The notes under the pieces were generated by a model that saw only the letters and a program-made list of their open reading frames with translations, was not told where the DNA came from and searched no databases. DNA of 63,556 nt, the filler included, from Squatina squatina (Eukaryota), in NCBI GenBank assembly GCA_031763465.1. It is 4 parts of 4 records of this genome, joined end to end, with 100 filler letters (N's around TTAATTAATTAA, not from the genome) between each part and the next. Parts side by side here need not be neighbours in the genome. Positions count along the whole stretch, not along the records: positions 21,758 to 37,132 come from JARFOE010000162.1; positions 37,233 to 51,413 come from JARFOE010000092.1; 2 more parts are not named here. The stretch is one strand, 5' to 3'. Each line of letters begins with the position of its first letter. Position 1 is the stretch's first letter. Positions 26,086 to 38,766 of the stretch are shown piece after piece. Position numbers and translations under genes: made by a program.

Positions 26086-27193
26086 AGTAAAATTGGGCTT
26101 TGTAGCTGAATGAGGATTCTCGAGTAACAGCCCAATGCTCAAGAGACACTTGTCGAATTCAATCTGCTCTATGCTTACAAACAAGCCCATTAGGTTCAAC
26201 TGCTTGATGCTGAGCAAAGCAATTAGAACATGACAGAAATACATCACACATTCTAAGAGTCTAAAAGAACAATACATTAATAACACTGCCAATGACCCTT
26301 CTACTGGAGTACAGGCATTCTCAAACCTGCACTTGGTTTGCCATTTCCTGCAAAATCCTACAAAAAGCTTCAAATTCCTAATAAAAACTACATTTTTGAT
26401 TTCATGGACTAATATTCCAAATTATCCTGTACAGCTCATTGTCGTCAATAGGGCTAGTTATTTTATCACTGGGCTTCACTATAATTAAGCATGCACAAGA
26501 CAGTGTGTGGCCCAGAAGAAAATGGTACATATTGAATTCATTAGTTGAATTACAGTCCAGTCCTGACAAACCGCCAAATCTTCAGGTCTTTTAACCACGA
26601 CAGTCTCTAGGACTCCTGCTTTCTGTTCCAGCTGTTAATGAGACAACACAATGATCATTGAGAATTCCTGCTGGTACCAGATTAGTAAAAGCTATTCAGC
26701 TTTCATTACAAGCTGACTTAACCTTTTATAAATCATGGACAGGACAAAACAATGTTAATGTGTGTGCAATAGTAGATTATTGCTAAGCCATTCCAATATG
26801 TACTCCAGTACTATGAAAGCACCAATGTGTGTGTTTTTAAAAAATCAAATCAAACTTACGTCAGCACTTTAGCATTGTTTAAAAGTCCCTGGAGACCAGG
26901 GTTATACCCAAAAATTCAGAAAGCATGTGCTTATGGGGCCTAGTACAGTTAATATACACAAAATCTAACAGACACACAACAACTTGTATTTATAATCGCT
27001 GTTCTCCGCCCCTGCCTCAGCTCATCCGCCCCCTGCGGGTACCCTTACCAATGTTTGTGTTACCTTTAGACTTGACTATTCCAACGCACTCCTNNNNNNN
27101 NNNNNNNNNNNNNNNNNNNNNNNNNNNNNNNNNNNNNNNNNNNNNNNNNNNNNNNNNNNNNNNNNNNNNNNNNNNNNNNNNNNNNNNNNNNNN

Positions 27194-27808
27194 ATCTTAA
27201 TGAAGAATTCTATCATGTTATGGTCGCTCTTCCCTAAGGGACCCCGCACAACAAGATTGTTAATTAATCCGTTCTCATTGCACAATACCCGGTCTAGGAT
27301 AACCTGTTCTAGTTGGTTCCTCAATATATTGGTCTAAAAAACCATCACATACACACGCCAGGAATTCTTCCTCCACATTATTATTGCTAATTTTGTTTGA
27401 CCAATCTATATGTAGATTAAAGTCACCCAGGATTACATTTGTACCCTTATTGCATGCATTTTTTAATTTCCTGTTTAATGCCATCCCCTACATCACCAAT
27501 GTTTTCTGCCCCTTGACGTTTCTTAGCTCCACCCATACAGATTCCACATCAAGATTTTCTGAGCCAATGTCCTTCCTCACTATTGCATTTATTTCTTCCT
27601 TTACTAACAACGCTACCCCACCTCCTTTCCCTTTTTGCCTGTCCTTCCTTAATATTGAATACCCCTAGATATTCAGTTCCCATCCTTGGTCACCCTGCAG
27701 CCATGCCTCCGTAATCCCAATTACATCATACCTGTTTACATCTATTTGCTCCATTAATTCATCCACCTTATTGCGAACGCTCCGCGCATTAAGACACAAA
27801 GCCTTTAG
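27194..27808 (-). mobile_element. CR1 LINE apurinic-like endonuclease domain fragment (frameshifted)
   Basis: NARSVRNKVDEL, GITEAWL, GDFNLHIDW and GKSDHNMIEF motifs spread across frames. Confidence 0.9.
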
Positions 27809-30800
27809 GGGGTAGTAGTTTGTTGATGAGATGATGTTGGGACTTTTACCATGCAGCAACCCTCAATTATGTTGAGCTGGTGAGTTCCAGGTGCAGAGTG
27901 GCAAATATCCATTACCAATTATCTTTGGAGAGTAAAATTTACTAGTAAAATATATCATAATTGGCAGTTTCCCAAAATGGACCCCTAATCCAACCTTAAA
28001 AACATTCTTGTTTAATTCCAATTAGAAAAATCCTATTAATTGTACAAATACGACCTCAGATTCAGATAAATAATAAAGATCAACCTTACATGGGGGAGGG
28101 GGAAAAGTGATAATCAACAGAGAGAAATTAAATAAATTGCTTTTAGCCATTTGGCTAATGGTAGCTTAAATCATTTAGTAGTTTTTGCAGCTGAGGACAG
28201 ACAACTCTTGGATTTTTTAATGCATATCAGCCCTATCCCACATGTTCAACCCCAATTTTGCTGAAACAGCACTTCTCCATGCAGTTTTCTTTACACTGTC
28301 AGCTATTTACACAGCTAAGCAGATTAAATATTTGCTCAACAAGACCTACAATGGCCCTATGCAAAGCTCAAACACTGACAAAATAACTACACATATCCAA
28401 CATCAGCGTGCATCTCATTACCTGATCTAAAACAAGGTAACAGGTTCAATGATCTCGGTTTTCAGGATCTTTGACTGCTAAGTGAAATTCAATTCCTATG
28501 TACGGCACAGCACTCAGCCTCATTAGATGCCTTTATCTTTTACAAAAGTTCTGACCACCTAAAAAATTAACTAATTGAAATTGTATTTTATCTGCATCAG
28601 TGGAGTGAGATGCGCTGCACTGCAAAAAAATGCTCAGATATTTATTCCAAAAATGTTGTCTGCATACTTCAAATGAATCTATCATACAAGTTTGCATCTC
28701 AATAGTTTAAGTTCAATAATACGTACAAATCTACCAAATTAATTAGCATTGTGCATTTTGGTAGGGGAAAAATAATAAAAAAGGTGGGCAAGTGATCCAA
28801 GTTCTTACTCCTTAATAGCCAGTCATGAAGCAACATTAACTGTAGCCGAAGGGCACCTCCCCACCCCTTCTGCCTGGAAACTGTGAATGGTTAGAGAAAA
28901 CAAACTGCACAATACCTGTGGATACAGGATGTGGGGACTATATCCTGGGTACCTATAACTTTAGTCAAAAGTAAATCATAATCAGATTAATTGAAATATA
29001 ACTTGTTAAACTGCATGGATTCTGAACCAGAGATTTCAATTTTAAATGGATATAAAAATAGTGTATGGGATGCTGGGAAAAAGTGGAGCTGTAGATAAAA
29101 CTGATTAGGAAAACTGCAAAAAACATTTAGGTGAAACAATAAAATACTTGGGGTATGTTTGTTGCAGGCAAAACATAATTTTAACCCCCACCAAAACGGG
29201 TGGGTTTAGGTTGGATTGGAAGCAAAAATTTTAAAAATCTGAAACAGGAACCCAATCTGCCTTGAACACGCCCAATTCCAGTTGTACTGAGGTGGGATGA
29301 GAAGCGGGCGACCAATCCGCTCCCAGGAGATGGGCCGGTCGCTGAACTCTTTTAAGGAGGCTGCATGTCTCTAATTTAACAGTGTTTCTATTTTTAAACA
29401 AGGTTGGCCAGGTTTCTGGGGCCTCAGGCCAGGAGGAGCAGGAGTATTTCCTCCAGGCCAAACAAGATTACCTCCCCCGCCTCCACCTCCACGATCCCCT
29501 CCACCCCCTCCCACCACCATGATCACCGACTACCGCACTGCGATCAACTACTCTCCCCCGACCGCCATCTCTCTCTTCGATCTCCCTCCGACTCCCCAAC
29601 CATCTCTCTCCAACCCCCACCCCCCCAACTCTGCCTCCACTCTCTCTCCCACCACCCCCCGACCCTCCAAACCACATTGCATCCACCCCTCCCTTGTGAT
29701 CTCTTCNNNNNNNNNNNNNNNNNNNNNNNNNNNNNNNNNNNNNNNNNNNNNNNNNNNNNNNNNNNNNNNNNNNNNNNNNNNNNNNNNNNNNNNNNNNNNN
29801 NNNNNNTCAAGGGTTATGGGGAGAAGGCGGGAAGGTGGACTTGAGAAACGTCGGATCAGCCATGATCCAATTGAATGGCGGAGCGGGCTCGACGGGCCAG
29901 ATAGCCTACTCCTGCTCCTATTTCTTATGGTCTTGTTTACATTTTTTTTGGGTCACCTAAATCTGTATTTAAAAGAACATTTTGAAGAAGGATATTAAAG
30001 AACAGTATACTGTGTTCTGCCACTAGGTAAGAGAATGTAGGCCTGTGCACATATTTCCCCAGATAAGATGCTGAAATTGGCACTTAATTTGAAGGTAGGC
30101 AAGTAACAGTGCATGCAAAAAGCGTTGAGGCTTGGGGTCAGTTGAAAATTTCAAAACTGAGATTGATAGATTTGTGTTAGGCAAGGGTCGTGAGGGTTTT
30201 GGAACCAAGGTGGGTAGATGGAGTTAAGCTACAGATCTGCCATGATCTAATTGTGGCTGAATGGCCTACTCTAGTTTCTAGGAAATACTTGTCAATTTTG
30301 AGCCAGACAACTAAGACAAATGTCAGTTGTGCAGTTTGTACCTCCGAAGTTATCAAGTCACAAACATCCACAGAGATGTGGCATTTGCATCGCGTTTTAT
30401 ATCCTTTGCCTTTTTGAGTGTAATCTAAAAATCATGTTTGTGTGTGAAAACTTGTACAAGAGCATGTTTCTAGAAGATGGATTTTTTCACTTGCATTACA
30501 AATTTGGACAATTACTGTACATTTTGTACATTTGTCTTTTTAATAATCCCTTAACTTTTTTTTAATACACTAATGTGTAAGCCTGGAGGTTCTCAACTTT
30601 GACATCCTTAATCAGATTCTTAATTTTCTGTTTTCTACTTTGTTCTTTGAAAGCTTTAATAATAGAATAAACAATTTAAACTTTAGCTCGGCAGAGCCCA
30701 GTTCTTCCTGAATAGTGTTGCTGTGTAAAGTAAGTTTTCATGCTTGCAGTGGTTTGTTGCATACGATCTGGAATGCACTGGGCGGTGGAAGCAGATTCAA

Positions 30801-32183
30801 ATAGTAACTTTCAAAAGGGAACTGCATGGATACTAGAAAAAGGAAACATTTGCAGGGCTATGGGGAAAGAGTGAGGCTAATTGGATAACTCTTTCAAAGA
30901 GCTGGCACAGGCACAGTGGGCTGAATGGCCTCCTGACTGTGCTGTTGATTCTACATATTTTGGAACCAATAAACGTGGTCATTTCAGAAAACTGAACAGC
31001 TCATTTTTAGGTGAAAAAAGACATATCCTTAAATACTATCTTCTCATATTCAGATAACCAATAAAGCATAGTAGCCCCACAATATACACTGATACAAAAC
31101 ACACTCTTTTGTTGTACATTTTTAAACCCTGTGTATACGTTACGTAATGGTCAAATTGTGCAGCGACTTGTAAACAGATTGGTGCATGTGCAGGGAGCAA
31201 GTATACTGTGCTCCTTCTCTTCAAACTACAAAAAATAACATTACAAGTATTTGTGGAAAACCAACATGCAATGCAGCACACATACACAGCATATACCGCA
31301 AACAGGTTATTTTGCACATATGTACATTATATGATAAATTCATTGTTCAGTAAAACAAATCCTTTTTACTGTACCTGCTGTAGCATGTTGCAGAAATTCA
31401 GATACACATGTGCATAATCTATTATGGAGGACATATTAAGTCAACCATTTCACAGGCTCGCACTTCTTAAATGCCAGGAACGGTACATAAGTGTGAAGCA
31501 ACCCAAGGAAGGAAACAGGAGGAAATAGGGGGGCCGAGATGAGAAAGATGCAGAATTAATGTTCACCAGCTGCTGATTTAGCTTTAATAGCCGCAAAAAT
31601 TGTATTTTTTTTTAAATGTTTAAATGGCTACAATGATATTAAAATGTACTAAATACTGCTTATTTCACAAAATTCTGCCAAACTAAAATCTGGTTCCATT
31701 TTGGTGAAACACTATTGCATTTCTTAAAGGGTTAAGTTAAATGTTTTGGCATGGCCACCGTCAACTGTACTTGAAAAATAAAAGCAATACCCGTCAGTCA
31801 GATGATAAACATTAAGTTTTAATAACTCAGACAGACCTAGATGCTGTAACAAAAACTTTCACTCAAACATAATGGAGCAACAAAAAATATTCTTAAGAAA
31901 ACATGCCCGTCAATGCTGCAGTTATTTAAAAGTCTCCTTTGTTTTGCAAACTGCAAAATTGTGCCTAAAACCCATCCCACAAGACGCCAATATTAATCGA
32001 TGTGATCATCCTGTCTTATAAATAGAACACACTTGTACAAATTTACAAAAAAAGGTCAGAGCCTATCAAAAATATTTTTCCAGCACCCACGTGGCTGTAG
32101 ATACTGTAACCCAGCGAGCTCTGCCGAACTGCCTCTGATAGTAACTGCAGTAAAACCAAACACGACGCGGGGTCATCTAGTGC

Positions 32184-32199
32184 TGTTGCTATAGCAACA
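32184..32199. promoter_or_regulatory. Perfect palindromic X-box (RFX-type) TGTTGCTATAGCAACA
   Basis: Second identical copy, in a CpG-retaining unique segment. Confidence 0.5.
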
Positions 32200-35100
32200 T
32201 CCTTGGCTGTTCCAGACTGACGCAAGAATTGTGTCGAAGTTGCAGTCGACCGGTAGCTTGACCNNNNNNNNNNNNNNNNNNNNNNNNNNNNNNNNNNNNN
32301 NNNNNNNNNNNNNNNNNNNNNNNNNNNNNNNNNNNNNNNNNNNNNNNNNNNNNNNNNNNNNNNTTATTCTACACAAGCGAAATACTGTGGATGCTGGAGT
32401 CTAAAATTTAAACAGAATGCTGGAAAAAAACTCAGCAGGTCAGGCAGCATCTGTAGAGATTATAAATAGCTAGCCAACCTCTGTGAATGTTTCATTAATA
32501 TGACTGGACGTTCCACCTCAAGAACCACAAGTGAGATTGTGACTGTCCAATTCTCTGCCACTCAAAGAAGATACTCTTTAAGCAAGGTTTTGAGCATCTG
32601 TCCTAATCTCTCATGTGGCTCGGTGTCAAATTATGTTTAATAATGCTCCTGTGAAGGACTTTGGGACATTCTACAACATTAAAACGGTGCTATATAAACG
32701 CAAGTTGTTGTTGATGATCCACTGCTGGAGAAGAAATAAATTTGGTCACCATTAGAGGTCGCCTGCAGTGAGAAACTGCTAATTGTGGCTTTTGGATGAT
32801 TATTGTAAAATTCAGCTGAAAGAGCAACAGCTTCAAGGTCATTTCAGGAGCAGGCATAGCAAGTTGTGTGCAACCCATCAGCTGTAGGACCAAGAAACTC
32901 AGTTGAATATCTGGCTTGGTTCCTTGCACAGGACAGTGCAACAGTCAGAGCTGATTACATGGATTATAATGTCAGTATTTTCATCAGTAGTTGTGCATCT
33001 CTACAGGTTGGATTGATGGACCTACATCTAACTGCAAATTGCATGTGTAGATTATGTCGATACACAACTGGTATTTGTTTGCTGAGTATTGTACATCTTT
33101 ATATATGGTAGACAATGTTAAAAAATGTGGTCTTCAGCCAAAACAAATCTCTGAACTATCACATTCTATAAAGAACATGCAGCACCTTTAGAATATAAAA
33201 TGTCAAATTATCAAAGATCACAAGCAATTTAAAATAATTACAGATGAGGCAACAAGTTTATTTTCCAGATTACAGAAATAGTGGTTTTATAACATCAGAT
33301 TCAAAATGTATGTTCAACTGACATGACCCTGCCGCCAAACATACACTTACACAGAGAGCTTGGCATTTGAAGGTATGTTTGGATAAGCAACTGAAAGACG
33401 GTACTGTGTTCTACAACCCACAACTGAATATAACAAAATGACAAACAATGTAAAGTTAAATAAAAGTCACCTTGAACTATCTTCTGTTGTACCAGTAGAG
33501 GGGAAAAAAAAAGAGCTCCCACTTCTCTGGCCACAAATTCATCTAAACACTAAAGCAAATGGACTAGGAACAAGAAGCTGTTACAGTTACATTGATTCAC
33601 AAAATGGATTAGAATAAACAAATTAACTACATTTACATGACTGAGTTTAGAAAGGCTCTGACATTCAGGACTATCCTCATTTTAACTGTAACCAGCTAAG
33701 TGGTTATGTTTCATGTCATAACATAATAAAGTTAAGCTGCTGTTTACCCACAGTGCCTCCCTTTTATTTAAAAAAGGACAATTAAATTTATTTATATATA
33801 CTTGTAAGAAAATAGGCTGAGAAATCTCTGCTTTTTGAGATATCCCATTGGAGTTTCAGTATTTCCTCATGGATAAGATCAATATTCTGGTCAGCTCTGC
33901 CCATCCTGTCAGTCACACAGGATGTCCTGTCTCCCTAAAGTACTGATTAAGTACAGCAGCAATCATTTTTTTTTCCAGCCTACAGAGAAAATGCACTAAA
34001 TGTCTGCATGCAAACAAGAAGAACAAAATCCCTGTACATAGTCCATTGTCACAGAGCTGGGGTACTACAATTCAGCTGGAAACTGGTATCACTGTCAGAA
34101 TGTGAAATGTTGTCCTCAATTCCAAACACACGAGCAGGAGATAGTCCAACAGTATTTTGTCAAGTATTTTACCTCCCTGTATGCTGATTCTACATGCAAC
34201 ATTCACAGCAGCGGGCAGGGATGAAAGAAACTTGGACTGCGCTCCAATTTAGGTACCAACACATTGTGTTAATCAGTATGCAATAGTGGGATTTACCTCA
34301 AACTTTGTTTGAGGAAACAATTCATGGAATTGTTCATAGAAGTTTACAAGAACAATGAAGCTTCCTATTTGTATAGAAAGACAAAACAGGTAAGTTTATT
34401 CAACTCAGTGGTCATTATACAAGTGTGTGTACAGTTGATTTTGTACAAATGGATGGTTGTGTGCATAGTGATTCAATAAATAGATGGGAGTGTGTAGGTT
34501 TATTTGGTGTGTGTATGTGTTTTTGTTTGCATACATACATACACAGTAATATGGCACATGGTCTGTACACAGTGTTTTGATAAAATGATGAAGTGTATAT
34601 GCAGTGATTCAGTACAAATGAATCAGCGACTGTATATAAGGCGATTCAGTACGTGTTCATGTGGTGATTTTGGCACAATTAATTGGGCAAGTGAGCGTGT
34701 GCATATACATGCTCATTTGGTAAATCTGATGCACACAAATACATTATAATCTAGTATCTGTGTACTGAAAAAGACAAATGGGTACATGTACAAGGCTCTA
34801 TTTAGCAGGTNNNNNNNNNNNNNNNNNNNNNNNNNNNNNNNNNNNNNNNNNNNNNNNNNNNNNNNNNNNNNNNNNNNNNNNNNNNNNNNNNNNNNNNNNN
34901 NNNNNNNNNNAGCTCGACCAGGTTTATTGGCACGCATGGTTGAAACTAAGCCTAAATTAATAGAAGGTACCTTCCCACTGCACAGCTTTGATTGGGGGTC
35001 GATATAAAGTAATCTTTGAAGATGCATAAAACTTGACCAGGAGCTGTCAGCCAAATACCCAACCACCCGACAAAAACATATTCTGCAAAGAATCCCTTAG

Positions 35101-37132
35101 TTAAGAAGTTCCATAAAGATACCCCACAATATGGATTTGCTAAAAGAGATTGCCCTAAACAAGGAGTCTGACTAAAGAGAATGTCCAGAGAGAATCAGCC
35201 TGTTAAAAACATTTAATTGCCTCTTAGAAGGAAATATTATGGGGCAAAGCAGGTTCCACAATGTGTGTTTAGAAGATAATCTGTTTTAAAATAATTTTTA
35301 ACTCTGTCATGTAAAATACTATTGGTGACAATGTAATTTAGGACAAGTTGGGTCCAGAACCCACATCTTAAAACAGCAAAACGATTCTTTGATTAAAATA
35401 AACAATCTTTAAAAATGCTATAAAAACACAAGAAATTAAAGGTCTGCTTTTGTTTGAGATGAAAGAATTGACAGTGAAACGAACTAGACATAGTGATTAA
35501 ACTTTGATGCCTTTTCATGTTAAGACTACAGAAGTAGACAACATTTGTCAAAGTTAAGGCACAATCCCCATCATGCATCTGTGGGCAAAGCACTATGCTG
35601 ACTTAGGCTTGAAGCAACTAAAATGATTGAGAACACACAAACACAGACAGGAACAGACCAATTTGCTCACTTAACATAAACNNNNNNNNNNNNNNNNNNN
35701 NNNNNNNNNNNNNNNNNNNNNNNNNNNNNNNNNNNNNNNNNNNNNNNNNNNNNNNNNNNNNNNNNNNNNNNNNNNNNNNNNNNNNNNNNNNNNNNNNNNN
35801 NNNNNNNNNNNNNNNNNNNNNNNNNNNNNNNNNNNNNNNNNNNNNNNNNNNNNNNNNNNNNNNNNNNNNNNNNNNNNNNNNNNNNNNNNNNNNNNNNNNN
35901 NNNNNNNNNNNNNNNNNNNNNNNNNNNNNNCCCTGTGGTTTGAGCAAGCTGTAGAAATTCTACAGTGAGATATTAATTACATGTTTAACCAACCTAATAA
36001 AATACAAATTGGAGCCAAAGCCTGTATTTATGGTGTGGACAGCAATCAATGATGTGCCATTGTATCTGCAGGGACATATTGATTCATTCAGATCAACATA
36101 TCTTTAGTGCAACACTGGAGACTGCTACACAGCCAGGGTGAGGTGGAGTTCTTTTTCTGGTGCTATGGGAAATACAGTATAAAGAACTCAGTTACATTTT
36201 TTACTTGAACTTGTGTTCACAGTTAGTTAGGGTCTGGGGTGTTCTTGTACTTCTTTAAATGTAAACAGCACAACAGACTCATTGCGGGGTGTTGGGTGTT
36301 TGGGGGGCGGGGAGGGGAGACAAGACAAGACAATGCAAGAATAAATCAGTGAAGCTGTGATAGGCCCAGTCTCCAGGTAATACGACAATCTTCATATTTA
36401 ATTCTGAACACATTGTTAGGACAAAGTCCAAAATTCATGTCTGTTGCACTGGTAACGTGGCCCACAACAGCCTTTGGTAAAGGCATCCGACTGGCTGATT
36501 TCTATCTCACCCCAATTACCACAACCACCTTCCCATCATTTAGGTGTCCTCCAGCCTCTATCCAAAACTGCAAGCATGTACCCAATCAGAGCTGAGCATT
36601 TACCATTCTCGAGGCCTTTTCCAATAGCTGACCTGTTTGGGACAGTAAAACGACAATCTTTCACATCTCATGGCCATTCACAAGGCTGCAAGAAGAGGAG
36701 CCTCTCAACAGGGTCAGCCATCATTTCCTTTGCTCAGTTCTGATCAGCAGAGAGTGACGAAAGTAGAGTGGTTTAGGGGTGAGACGGGAAAGAACAGATT
36801 TGTGATTATCACAGTTTTTTTTTCCTCATAGAAATTTCTCAATTTTTAAAATTCAGCTTCATGAAGCTTTTGCTTTCCTTGCACGTGGTGATGTTCCACT
36901 TTCTGTCTTCACTGTTCCATTAGATGCATTCGCTGCAAAAATATTTTTAAAAATACAGTAAGACGACAAAAACTTTGTGCAAATAATACACACCCAAAAT
37001 AGGGATGTGGCCCTTACTGATAACTCTCATCAATCCACGTCTAATTGGGATTAGACACATATTCCTATATAGAGATGCGATGGGCTACAGACCTGCCACC
37101 CTATTCTTATCCTAGAGACCAAGAGCTTCTCC

Positions 37133-37232
37133 NNNNNNNNNNNNNNNNNNNNNNNNNNNNNNNNNNNNNNNNNNNNTTAATTAATTAANNNNNNNNNNNN
37201 NNNNNNNNNNNNNNNNNNNNNNNNNNNNNNNN
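37133..37232. other. Artificial scaffold-joining linker N44-TTAATTAATTAA-N44
   Basis: Same structure as 21658-21757. Confidence 0.95.
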
Positions 37233-37510
37233 AGGGAATTCAGAAGAAACTTCTTTACCCAGAGAGTGGTGAGAATGTGGAACTCACTCCCACAGGGAGT
37301 GGTTGAAGCAAATACTATAGATGCATTTCAGGGGAGGCTATAGATGCATTTAAGGAGAGACTTGACATGCATATGAAGGAGAAGGGAATAGAGGGTTATG
37401 CTGATAGATTTAGATGAGGAAAGACGGGAGGAGGCTTGAGTGGAGCATAAACACCGGCATGGACTGGTTGGGCCGAATGGCCTGTTTCTGTGGCGTATAT
37501 CCGATGTAAG
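37233..37510 (+). mobile_element. CR1 LINE 3' fragment
   Basis: EFRRNFFTQRVVRMWNSLPQ and 3' UTR GGGCCGAATGGCCTGTTTCTGTG. Confidence 0.85.
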
Positions 37511-37609
37511 CCACTTGTTGCAAAAAGAAAGCCCTACCTGACACCATCATAAGAGCACCATCATCACAAGGACTTTGGGGCCTCAAGGAGGAGGTCCACT
37601 ATCTTGATT

Positions 37610-38290
37610 AACAACAACAACCTGTATTTATAGAGCACCTTTACCATAATAAAACATCCCAAGGCGCTTCACAAAAGAGATTATCAATCAAAATGTGGCA
37701 CCGAGCCACGTAAGGAGACTTTAGGATGGATGGCCAAAAGCTTGGTCAAAGAGGTCGGTTTTAAGGAGCGTCTGAAAGGAGAGAGAGGCGGAGAGGTTTA
37801 TGGAGGGAATTCCAGAGCTTAGGGCCCAGGCAGTTGAAGGCACGGTCGCCAATGGTGGAGCGATTATAATCATGGATGCTCGAGAGGCCAGAATTGGAGG
37901 AGCGCAGAGATCTCCGAGGGTTGTGGGGCTGGAGGAGTTTACAGAGGTAGGGAGGGGTGAGGCCTGGGAGGAATTTGAATACAAATATGAGAATTTTAAA
38001 GTTGAGGCACTGCTTAACCGGGAATCAAAGTCAGCGAGCACAGGCATGATGGGTGAACGGGACTTGGTGCGAGTTAGGACACAGGCAGCAGAGTTTTGGA
38101 AGATCTTATGTTTATGGATGTTACAAGATGGGAGGTCAGCCAGGAGTGTGTTGGAATAGTCAAGCCTGGAGGTAACAAAGGCATGGATGAGGGCTTCAGC
38201 AGCGGATGAGCTGAAGCAAGGGCGGAGATGGGCGATTTTACGGAGGTGGAAATAGGCGATCTTAGTTATGGCGCGGATACGAGGTCAGAA
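37610..38290 (-). mobile_element. L2-clade LINE 3' fragment
   Basis: RSLRSSNSGL...TIGDRAF..LGPKLWNSL...LLKTDLFDQAFG; (GTT)n tail. Related pieces at 46170-46643 (-), 58030-58545 (+), 32570-32715 (+) and 27000-27093 (+). Confidence 0.8.
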
Positions 38291-38766
38291 GTGCCGTCTT
38301 TCAGATGTTACGTTAAACTGAGGCCCTGTTTGTCCTCTCAGATGGACACATAAGATCCCATGGCACTATTTTGAATAAGAGCAGGGGAGTTATCCTGGTC
38401 AGTGATTATGCCTCAATCAGCATCAATAAAATCAGATCATCTGGTCATAATTACATTGCTGTTTGTGGGAGCTGCCGCATTTCCTACATTACAACAGTGA
38501 GTACACTTCAAATTGTACCTCTTTTTTTCGTTCTTCATAAACTCATAGAAACTTACAGCACAGAAGGAGGCCATTCGGCCCATCGTGCCTGTGCTGGCTC
38601 TTTGAAAGAGCGATTGTGCTCATTTCCACATCCTCACTTTCTGTCCCTAACCCTGCAAGTTCCTCANNNNNNNNNNNNNNNNNNNNNNNNNNNNNNNNNN
38701 NNNNNNNNNNNNNNNNNNNNNNNNNNNNNNNNNNNNNNNNNNNNNNNNNNNNNNNNNNNNNNNNNN

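Noticed and set aside
26860-26888. GLLNNA similarity to the latrophilin-3 (ADGRL3) C-terminal exon
   Set aside because: Only six residues match; the expected DTSVMDTLPLNG continuation is absent.
29470-29706. Pro/Ser-rich ORFs (also 50611-50760)
   Set aside because: C-rich low-complexity DNA attached to a dispersed repeat; no splice signals or recognisable domain.
34430-34780. TG-rich region with recurring GTGATTCAGTAC-like words and a small hairpin
   Set aside because: Looks like an old degenerate tandem repeat; no support for function.
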